The notes under the pieces: model-generated
The model's database searches: none
Told to the model about the DNA's origin: nothing
The model's input: only the letters and a program-made list of their open reading frames with translations
Origin: a virus
Lineage: Duplodnaviria > Caudoviricetes
DNA: 25,244 bases
Reading direction: 5' to 3' (one strand)
Virus record (IMG/VR): IMGVR_UViG_3300012921_000011
Span: 1 to 25,244 of that record
Position numbers and translations under genes: made by a program
Shown here: piece by piece, positions 7,872 to 15,593 of the stretch
Layout: the number at the start of each line of letters is the position of its first letter
Position numbering within the stretch: position 1 is the stretch's first letter

Positions 7872-9086
7872 ATGCCTAACGCCCAGGGCCTCACCAAGCA
7901 GACCGTTTTCGCCAAGCAATCCGCTCTCGGCACGCCCGCCACGACCGGCGGCAAGATCAAGCGCCGCACCAACTCGGTGTTCGCGCGCAACGTCGCCACC
8001 TACGAAGGCAACGAGATCGTCGAGCACCAACAGTCGACGGGCTCCACCGCCGGTATCCAGCAGACCTCGGGCAAGCTCGACGGCCTGCTCTCGGCTGGAA
8101 CCTACACCGAGCAATTCGCCTCGCTGCTCCGCAAGGACGCCGCTGCCACCACGGCCATCACCGGCTTGTCGCTGACTGTCGCCGGCACGGGTCCGACCTA
8201 CACCGTCACCCGCACGGGCGGCGACTTCCTGACCGGCGGCATCAAGGCCGGTGACGTGGTCCGCATCACGGCGGGCGCGGTCAACGCCAACAACCTCAAC
8301 AAGAACCTTCTGGTGGTCAGCCTCACGGCGCTGGTCCTGACGGTTCGCACGGTCAACGGCTCGGCGCTGACGGCGGAAGGCTCCATCGCCTCCTGCACCA
8401 TCTCCGTTCCCGGCAAGAAGATCTGGGTGCCCACGTCCTCGCACACCAACGACTTCTGGAGCGTGGAAGAGTGGTATCCCGACCTGCCCCGTTCGGAACT
8501 GTTCACCGACTGCAAGATCGCCAAGTCCGACGTCGCCATCCCCGCCACGGGCAACGCGACGGTCAGCTTCGACGTTCCCGGCCTGAACCGCGTCCGGTCC
8601 GGCACGCAAGCCATCGCCTCGCCTGCCGCTTCGACCACCTCCACCGTCCTGGCTGCCGTCAACGGCGCGGTTATCGTCAACGGCGTGGCCACCACGATCA
8701 CCGGCGCCCAGCTTTCGATCAACGGCAACATTGCCCCCGGTGAAGCGGAGGTCGGGTCCAACTCGATCACCGATCTGGTTCGCGGCGAGATCATGGTGAC
8801 CGGCTCGTTCACCGCCAAGTTCAGCGGCGTGACCCTGCAGGACATCTACGACCAGCAGACGGTCGTGAAGCTGTTCCTGGTCATCGCCGATGGCAGCGGC
8901 GCGGCTGCGGACTTCGTCACCTTCGTGATGTCGGCGGTCAAGCTGTTCGGGGACAACCCCGATGACGGCGAGGCCAAGGAGATCATCCGCACCTACCCGT
9001 TCACGGCCCAGCTCAATGGGTCGGGCGGCGCTTCGCTCGCGGACCATCAGACGATCCTCAGCCTTCAGGACAGCCAGTCCCCGTAG
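7872..9086 (+). CDS. Major tail (tube) protein
   Basis: 404 aa, Thr/Gly/Ser-rich, highly biased codons, AGGAG SD. Lies between tail terminator and chaperones, with an internal GDVVRIT beta insertion. Confidence 0.85.
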   Translation: MPNAQGLTKQTVFAKQSALGTPATTGGKIKRRTNSVFARNVATYEGNEIVEHQQSTGSTAGIQQTSGKLDGLLSAGTYTEQFASLLRKDAAATTAITGLSLTVAGTGPTYTVTRTGGDFLTGGIKAGDVVRITAGAVNANNLNKNLLVVSLTALVLTVRTVNGSALTAEGSIASCTISVPGKKIWVPTSSHTNDFWSVEEWYPDLPRSELFTDCKIAKSDVAIPATGNATVSFDVPGLNRVRSGTQAIASPAASTTSTVLAAVNGAVIVNGVATTITGAQLSINGNIAPGEAEVGSNSITDLVRGEIMVTGSFTAKFSGVTLQDIYDQQTVVKLFLVIADGSGAAADFVTFVMSAVKLFGDNPDDGEAKEIIRTYPFTAQLNGSGGASLADHQTILSLQDSQSP

Positions 9087-9128
9087 GCCTGAGCCCAACC
9101 ACAACAACAGTCTCCCCCTTCAACTTTA

Positions 9129-9155
9129 TGCGCCGGTAGCTCCGGCGTACTTTTT
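9129..9155 (+). terminator. Rho-independent terminator after the tail tube gene
   Basis: TGCGCCGG-tagct-CCGGCGTA-C-TTTTT. Confidence 0.6.
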
Positions 9156-9169
9156 CAAGGCTATCCCCC

Positions 9170-9607
9170 ATGACCAAAGCCACCGTTGCCCCGTTCTCCC
9201 TCGCCGACATCGAGGGTCAGGTCGCCACCGAGGCCACCTATGAGTTCGAGCCCCTGCTGCCGAACCTGAAGCCGTCCGGGGTCCTCTTCCAACTGAAGAG
9301 CGACCTGGCGCCCAGCGTCCAGAATGCTCTGACGGACATGATGGACACCGACCGCAAGAAGGAACACTTCCGGGCCGCCCAGAACCAGAAGGCTCGCCCG
9401 GAGTCGGTGCAACTGACCCCGGTCAACGAACTGAGCGACTTCGGGCGCAAGGCCATCGCCATCCGCATCGCCGGCTGGAACCTGCCCGACGAGTTCAACG
9501 AGGCCACCGTGCTGCGCGTCCTGAAAGCGTGGTCGGGCCTCGGTGACCAGATCCTCGCCAAGACCGCCGAGCTGGCGAGTTTTACTCCGGCCTCGTCGAA
9601 GGCCTGA
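9170..9607 (+). CDS. Tail assembly chaperone (lambda gpG equivalent)
   Basis: 145 aa between tail tube and tape measure, with RIAGWNL-EF and a terminal QI...ASFT segment typical of these chaperones. Confidence 0.8.
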   Translation: MTKATVAPFSLADIEGQVATEATYEFEPLLPNLKPSGVLFQLKSDLAPSVQNALTDMMDTDRKKEHFRAAQNQKARPESVQLTPVNELSDFGRKAIAIRIAGWNLPDEFNEATVLRVLKAWSGLGDQILAKTAELASFTPASSKA

Positions 9608-9981
9608 TCGCTTTCGCCGAGGCCCATTGGGCGCTTGAGAAGCTGATAGACAACGGGGCGGGTGGTAAATGCCCCCGCCGCGTTCACGTCGAGGCCTTGG
9701 CCAGAGACGGAGACGTCGAGGCCGAGTGGGAATTGAACCACGGCCCGACGCTGGACCCCCACGCCGCGTATCTCTGGCAGTGGTGGTGCGACATCGGATC
9801 GACGAGGGGCAGTAACGGCTTCGGCCCCTCGTTGATCACCCGCCACGACATACGCCAGTGGTGTGAGGACGAGGGCCATATCCTCGATCCTTGGGAGCGC
9901 AGGGCCCTCCTCGCGCTTGACCGCATCTATCTCGCCTCGACGGTTGAGACGACCAAAGCCCCCCCGAAGGAGACGAAATGA
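9580..9981 (+). CDS. Frameshift extension of tail chaperone (gpT equivalent; G-T fusion 9170-9981)
   Basis: The -1 frame is open from 9547 to 9981: FYSGLVEGLIAFAEAHW...YLWQWWCDIGSTRGSNGFGPSLIT...WERRALLALDRIYL. Candidate slip site G-AGT-TTT at 9577-9583. Confidence 0.75.
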   Translation, partial: FYSGLVEGLIAFAEAHWALEKLIDNGAGGKCPRRVHVEALARDGDVEAEWELNHGPTLDPHAAYLWQWWCDIGSTRGSNGFGPSLITRHDIRQWCEDEGHILDPWERRALLALDRIYLASTVETTKAPPKETK

Positions 9982-12900
9982 GCGAAGACATCGCCTCCCT
10001 TGTGCTGAAGATCGACGCTGCCCAAGCCGACGTCGCCGCCACCTCGCTCGACAAGGTGACGGCTGCAGGCGCGAAGGCCGAAGCGGCGGTCACCAGCCTT
10101 GGCGGGGCGGGCAAGGCGTCTCTGGGTGGCCTCTCGGCTATCCCGGCATCCCTGCAGCAGATCGAGGCCCGCACGGACGCCCTGCGCTCGTCGGTCGACC
10201 CGCTCTATGCCGCGCAGAAGCGCCTCAACACCCAGATGGCTGAGGCGGACAACCTGTTCAAGTCCGGGGCGCTTGGCGCTGCAGAGTACCAGCGCACCAT
10301 CGGCATCCTCGACAACCAGCTGAACGCCGTCAGCATGGCGCAGGACAAGCTGAACGCGGCTCACGTCAAATCGGCAGCCGGTTCCAAGCTGGCTAGTCAC
10401 GAAGCGGCGAACCTTGGCCGGCAGTTTGCTGACATCGGCACTTCCTTGGCGGGCGGCGCCAGCCCCTTCATGGTCCTGATCCAGCAGGGTCCGCAAATCG
10501 CCGACATCATGCACACGTCGGGACTCAGCGCGAAGGGCTTGGCCAAGGAGGTTGGGCTCATGCTCGGCATCCTCCGTGCCGTCCCCGCTGCCAACGCGGC
10601 TGTCGCAGTCTCCACTGCTGCTGTGGTTGCGGGCAATGAAGCTATCGCCACTTCGGCCACAGCCGCCGCTGCTGCTGAGGCAGTGGCGCTGGCCCCCCTT
10701 GCAATCGTCCTGGCTGGTATTGCGCTCACCCTTGCCACGCTGGGCGTCGGCTTCGCCGTCACCGCCCAGCAGATCGACAAGACCGGCCACAGCGCCAAGG
10801 ATCTGCAGGCCAAGCTTGGCTTGACCGAAGAGCAGATGAAGCGGCTGAAGAAGGAGGGCCATGAGGTCGGCGTGACCTTTGGCGACGTGCTGGTCGGAAC
10901 CTTCGACTTCGCCGGCAAGAAGCTGGCCGAGGCCTTCAAATGGAACGACATGAAGAAGGCGGTGGGCGGCTTCTATCAGACCGCCGTCGATTGGACCGTG
11001 ACCAGCATCCGCTCCATGGTCGGGGCGTGGGCGGGCTTCCAAGGCGGCCTTCGCGCGATGTTCACGGCCATGCCTGCCGTCATCGGCGAGGCGGCTATCG
11101 GCGCGGCCAACATGGCGATCCGCGCGGTCAACTGGCTGATTGAAAACGGCCGAGACAAGCTCAACGATCTGATCAAGATCGCCAACATGGTCGCAGCCCT
11201 GACCCTGAACCCGATCCGCATTCCCGAGATCCCTGACGGCAAGATCGCCGAGATGAAGAACCAGTATGCGGGGGCGGGGGCCAAGCTGGGCTCGGCCTAC
11301 AGCGACGGGTTCAAGGAGGCGTCGGACGCCGCCATGAGCCAGTTCGACAAGGATGTGGCCGGCTGGCTCGGAGCCATAGACGCAGCCTGGCTGAAACGGA
11401 ACAAAAAGGCGGCTGGCGATCCCGGCAAGGAGGCCAAGGGCGCGACCGAAAAGGACCCCTTCGGCGATCTGATGAAACAGGTCGCGGCTCAGGCTGTGGC
11501 CACGGACGCCGCGACGGTGGCTCAGAACGCATGGAACGACGCCGTCGCCTCCGGAACCATGACCGTCGAGGAAGCCAACCGCGCGCGGGACTGGGCCATT
11601 GAGCGGGCGGGCATTGAGGCCAAGGCTGACACGTTCAGCGCCGAGCAGAAGGCCGTTCTGGGAAAGGCGCTTGATGCGCTGGCCATCTCCTATGACAAGG
11701 CCGCTGCCGCCAAGGCTGCAGGGGAGCAGATCGGGGCCAACCGTCAGGCCATGGCCGATCAGGCCCGCACCCTGGAGTTTCTTGGCGCGCAAATCCGCCT
11801 GATCGGGGCTGGCAATGTCGAGCGCGAGGTAGAGCTCGCCCAACTTCGCGAAAAGCAGGCCATCCTCAACGGCAAGGGTCCCGGCTACGTCCTGACGGAG
11901 AGCGACAACAACCGCATCTCGGGAGCCGGTGACGTCGCCGCTTCGCAGGCCGCGCTCGCCATCGGGCAAGACCTGTACAACAAGTCCCTTGACTACACCT
12001 ATGATCGCCTCACGCAGATTGACGATCTGGTGAGCAACTCGACGGCGGGCCTGGCTGATGCCTTTGATGGCATGAGCGACGGGGCGGCCAAGTTCACGCG
12101 GGCGCTCGGTGGTGTTCTGGGTGCGGTCAACAAGCTGGCTATCGCGGAGGAGAAGGCAAACCAAGCCCGCATCAACGGGTGGAAGCGCGTCAACGACGTC
12201 GCGGCCACAGGCGACATTGGAGCGATTATTCAGGCGATCAACGTCGGCATGAGTGAGCAGGCGGATAGCGCCCGCCAATTGGCGGATGCCCAGGTCGGCG
12301 CTTATGCCAACATGGCCAATGCGGCCAAGGGGTTCTTTGAGGAAGGTAGCGCGGGTTATGAAACCCTCCAGGCCGCTGAGATCGCCTTCCGTGCCGTCCA
12401 GTTCGCCCTGTCGGGCCAAGCGATGGCGCAAAGCGCCGCTGAGACTACCACCGGCCTCGCGCAGTCCGCCTCCAAGGCTGTCGCGTCGACCATTGCCGGT
12501 GCGGCCAAGGCCTTTGAGCAAATGGGCATCTGGGGCTTCGTCGGCGCGGGCGCCATCATCGCCTTCATGGCCGCTGTGGGCGTGAATGCCGGGGGTGGTG
12601 GCGGTGGGGCTGCCTATGACCTTGAAGGCGTGCAGTCTCGCCAAGGCACAGGCAGCGTTCTGGGCAGCACCGACGCCAAGTCAGAGAGCATCGCCAAGAG
12701 CCTTGAGCTGGTCGCTGACCACACCAACGACATGCTCGAGTACAACAACGGCATGTTGCGCGCCCTGCGGAACATCGACATCAACATTGGAAATCTCGCC
12801 TCCTCGCTGGCCCGCTCACTGAACCTGAGCGGCATCACCGACGTGCAGTCGACCTCCTACAACCCGATCACGGGCCGGGATGCTTCCGGCGAGATCAATA

Positions 12901-14594
12901 AGGTGTTGCTCGGCGCGGGTGGCGCGGCTGACCTCGGCAAGCTGGCCAAGGCGTTCAGCCAGCCCTTCGGCAGCGGCAACATCCTGCGCGACATCTTCAA
13001 CCCCGGCCCCATCGACCCGCTCGGCCTCTTCGACTCCAAGATCAGCAAGAAGCTGGTCGATGCGGGCGTGACCTTCACCGCGCAGAGCCTCGGCTCCATC
13101 CTGACCGAAGGGCTGAAGGCGAGCTACTTCCAGGTCATGCGAACGACCCGCGAGGACAAGGCGTTTGGCTTCGTCTACAACACCAGCACCAAGGAAAAGA
13201 CCGCGACGACGGGCCTTGATGCAGACCTGCAGCGCCAGTTCAGCCTTGTCATCGGCAGCCTCCGCGAAGGTGTGCTGTCTGCCGCCTCGGTGCTGGGTGT
13301 CGATGGAGCGCAGGCCGTTCTGGACGCCTTCAAAATCAACATTGGCAAGATCAGCTTCAAGGACATGGACGGCGCCGAGATCACGGCGACCCTTGAAGCG
13401 GTGTTCTCCAAGGTCGGTGACGACATGGCCGGCGCGGTCATCCCCGGTCTGAGCGAGTTCCAGAAGGCAGGGGAGGGCCTGTTCGAGACCCTAATCCGCG
13501 TCGCTCGCCAGTATCAGGTCATCGACGTGACGCTGGCCTCTGTCGGCCTCACGTTCGGCGCAGTTGGCCTGTCTTCCCTCGCCGCCCGCGAGCGCCTGGT
13601 TGATCTGTTCGGCTCGCTGGACGACTTCACCGATCAGGTGAGCTTCTACAGCGAGAACTTCCTCACCGAAGCCGAACGCCTCGCTCCGGTGCAGGCGGCT
13701 CTGACGACCGAGCTTGCCCGCCTTGGCATCACCGGGCTCGACACCCGCGACGAGTTCAAGGCGCTTGTGCAGGGGCTGGACCTGTCCTCCGCTGCCGGTG
13801 CTGAGTTGTTCGCCGCCCTCATGGCCATCGCTCCGGCCTTCGCCGCCATCACCGAAGAGACGCAGGCTATCGCTGATCAACGGGACCGGCTGTCGACGGC
13901 TTACGAGCGCGAGAGCAGCGCACTGGCTGACACCAAGGCGCAGTTCCAGGACCTGTTCAAGTCGCTCGGCTCCTTCAAGTCGAGCCTCTACACCGGCCCC
14001 TCGGCGGCCCTGTCGCCGGAAGCGCAATACAACGCCTCCAAGGGCGAGTTTGAGCGTATCAGGGGCCTCGCCCTCACAGGCGACGTCAACGCCCTTGGCG
14101 ACCTGCAGAGCGTCTCTCAGGAGTATCTGGACGCCAGCCGCGCCTACTTCGCCAGCTCGCAAGGCTACTTCGCCGATCTGGAGGCTGTCCGCTCTGCCGT
14201 CACGGCTGCGGAGGGTATCGCCGGGGCGCAGGTGGACGTTGCCCAACAGCAACTGGACGCCCTGCTCAACCTCGTCGATCCGATCCTGAACATCCGTGAT
14301 GACATCGGGACTGTCGCGGCCGAGATGCAGCGGCTGAACCAGCTTCTGGGAGCGACCACGACCAACACGCCGGTTGTGGTGGGTGGCATCTCTGCCGGGG
14401 CCGTGGCGAACGACAACACGCAAGTCGTCACCGCCATTGAGCAGACCAACGCCAACCTGAACACCCTCATTGAGACGACCAACGCCGCGATGAGCCAGCA
14501 GGCCGCCATCCATAACGAGAACATGGTGGCCCAGCAGCAGCAGATCACCGTTCTGCAACGTCAGGTTCAGGAGATGCAGGAAAACCGGGCGTAG
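9978..14594 (+). CDS. Tail tape measure protein
   Basis: 1538 aa, Ala/Gly-rich helical. AAGGAG SD, DIASLVLKID N-terminus and the lambda-type NLGRQFADIGTSLAGG-SP-VLIQQGPQI motif. Confidence 0.95.
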   Translation: MSEDIASLVLKIDAAQADVAATSLDKVTAAGAKAEAAVTSLGGAGKASLGGLSAIPASLQQIEARTDALRSSVDPLYAAQKRLNTQMAEADNLFKSGALGAAEYQRTIGILDNQLNAVSMAQDKLNAAHVKSAAGSKLASHEAANLGRQFADIGTSLAGGASPFMVLIQQGPQIADIMHTSGLSAKGLAKEVGLMLGILRAVPAANAAVAVSTAAVVAGNEAIATSATAAAAAEAVALAPLAIVLAGIALTLATLGVGFAVTAQQIDKTGHSAKDLQAKLGLTEEQMKRLKKEGHEVGVTFGDVLVGTFDFAGKKLAEAFKWNDMKKAVGGFYQTAVDWTVTSIRSMVGAWAGFQGGLRAMFTAMPAVIGEAAIGAANMAIRAVNWLIENGRDKLNDLIKIANMVAALTLNPIRIPEIPDGKIAEMKNQYAGAGAKLGSAYSDGFKEASDAAMSQFDKDVAGWLGAIDAAWLKRNKKAAGDPGKEAKGATEKDPFGDLMKQVAAQAVATDAATVAQNAWNDAVASGTMTVEEANRARDWAIERAGIEAKADTFSAEQKAVLGKALDALAISYDKAAAAKAAGEQIGANRQAMADQARTLEFLGAQIRLIGAGNVEREVELAQLREKQAILNGKGPGYVLTESDNNRISGAGDVAASQAALAIGQDLYNKSLDYTYDRLTQIDDLVSNSTAGLADAFDGMSDGAAKFTRALGGVLGAVNKLAIAEEKANQARINGWKRVNDVAATGDIGAIIQAINVGMSEQADSARQLADAQVGAYANMANAAKGFFEEGSAGYETLQAAEIAFRAVQFALSGQAMAQSAAETTTGLAQSASKAVASTIAGAAKAFEQMGIWGFVGAGAIIAFMAAVGVNAGGGGGGAAYDLEGVQSRQGTGSVLGSTDAKSESIAKSLELVADHTNDMLEYNNGMLRALRNIDINIGNLASSLARSLNLSGITDVQSTSYNPITGRDASGEINKVLLGAGGAADLGKLAKAFSQPFGSGNILRDIFNPGPIDPLGLFDSKISKKLVDAGVTFTAQSLGSILTEGLKASYFQVMRTTREDKAFGFVYNTSTKEKTATTGLDADLQRQFSLVIGSLREGVLSAASVLGVDGAQAVLDAFKINIGKISFKDMDGAEITATLEAVFSKVGDDMAGAVIPGLSEFQKAGEGLFETLIRVARQYQVIDVTLASVGLTFGAVGLSSLAARERLVDLFGSLDDFTDQVSFYSENFLTEAERLAPVQAALTTELARLGITGLDTRDEFKALVQGLDLSSAAGAELFAALMAIAPAFAAITEETQAIADQRDRLSTAYERESSALADTKAQFQDLFKSLGSFKSSLYTGPSAALSPEAQYNASKGEFERIRGLALTGDVNALGDLQSVSQEYLDASRAYFASSQGYFADLEAVRSAVTAAEGIAGAQVDVAQQQLDALLNLVDPILNIRDDIGTVAAEMQRLNQLLGATTTNTPVVVGGISAGAVANDNTQVVTAIEQTNANLNTLIETTNAAMSQQAAIHNENMVAQQQQITVLQRQVQEMQENRA

Positions 14595-14738
14595 GTTGCC
14601 ACCCGCCTAGCCAAGCGGACGCGCCTAATGTACCTTCTCCGGTATTGGGCGAAGCGCGCCACCGCGCCGCCTCTCCAGCTTTCCCCCCGAACATCATCGC
14701 GCCGCCGGTCTCGTCTGGCCTTGCGTTATCACAGCACC

Positions 14739-14766
14739 AAAAGGGCGCGCTTCGGCGGGCCTTTTT
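14739..14766 (+). terminator. Rho-independent (possibly bidirectional) terminator
   Basis: AAAAGGGCGCGC-TTCG-GCGGGCCTTTTT: cUUCGg loop, one G-G mismatch, A-tract and U-tract. Confidence 0.65.
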
Positions 14767-14784
14767 CACATTCGGAGTTTGCCG

Positions 14785-15210
14785 ATGTCGAAATCGAACA
14801 CGTCGGAGAACGCCTTTCTCCTGCTGCTCTACAACGCGACCACCTGGGCCAACGTCGCCATCAACGCGACCTCGAGCCCGCTGACCAACATCTGGCTCGC
14901 CCTCTACACCGCCGACCCCGGCGAGGCTGGATCCGCCAACACCAACGAGTGCGCCTACACCAGCTATGCGCGGGTGGCGGTGGCGAGGCCTGCAGGCTTC
15001 ACCGTCTCTGGCAACACCGTGACCCTCGCGGCTGACGCGACGTTCCCCACGGCCACGGGCGGGACCGAGACGGTCACCCACTGGGCCACGGTCAGCACGG
15101 CCAGCGGCGCCGGCACCATTTTCCACAGCGGCACGGTCAGCCCGACCATCGCTGTGAGCACGGGCGTAACCCCGAAACTTCTCGCCGCTACTTCGATCTC
15201 GGAGGACTAG
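14785..15210 (+). CDS. Small virion structural protein (fibre/decoration-associated)
   Basis: ATG 14785 after GGAG, 141 aa. LALYTADPGEAG-NE-Y-YARVAV and N-FP-TG-TVTH motifs recall a widespread virion protein family usually found next to fibre genes. Confidence 0.7.
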   Translation: MSKSNTSENAFLLLLYNATTWANVAINATSSPLTNIWLALYTADPGEAGSANTNECAYTSYARVAVARPAGFTVSGNTVTLAADATFPTATGGTETVTHWATVSTASGAGTIFHSGTVSPTIAVSTGVTPKLLAATSISED

Positions 15211-15588
15211 ATGATGGTTCAGGTCACCCCTAACGCCGATCCCCGGATCCGCTTTGACATCACCGTCAACGGACCGGGCAACATCACGCTCAACGCCGTC
15301 CGCAACCTCGACACCAACGAGGAATGGGACGGCACGGAACCGGAGGCCATCGCGCTCTGGGCCGAGCAGATGGCCCGCAATGCGCTGGCGCTGAAGGCCG
15401 TGGTCGCCTTCGATGGCATCTCCTTCAGCGACTACGAGCGCAAGGACGTCAACGGCGTGGTCGAGTACTCGATCATGGTCGACTTCCGCGAGGAGTGGGA
15501 GGAGCCGATCATGGACGCCTTTGAGGCCGACACCGATCTGGCCAACGCCATGACGGCGGGCGACCTGATCTTCATCTGGATCAGCTAA
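15211..15588 (+). CDS. Hypothetical acidic protein
   Basis: 125 aa, GGAGG at 15201-15205, phage-like codon usage, abuts both neighbours. Confidence 0.7.
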   Translation: MMVQVTPNADPRIRFDITVNGPGNITLNAVRNLDTNEEWDGTEPEAIALWAEQMARNALALKAVVAFDGISFSDYERKDVNGVVEYSIMVDFREEWEEPIMDAFEADTDLANAMTAGDLIFIWIS

Positions 15589-15593
15589 CCTAG

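Noticed and set aside
9927-12644. 905-aa minus-strand ORF and other long antisense ORFs (441-1733, 4372-5754, 7866-9107, 14545-15861, 17106-18599)
   Set aside because: Shadow frames of GC-rich, codon-biased + strand genes, with no recognisable motifs or SD sites.
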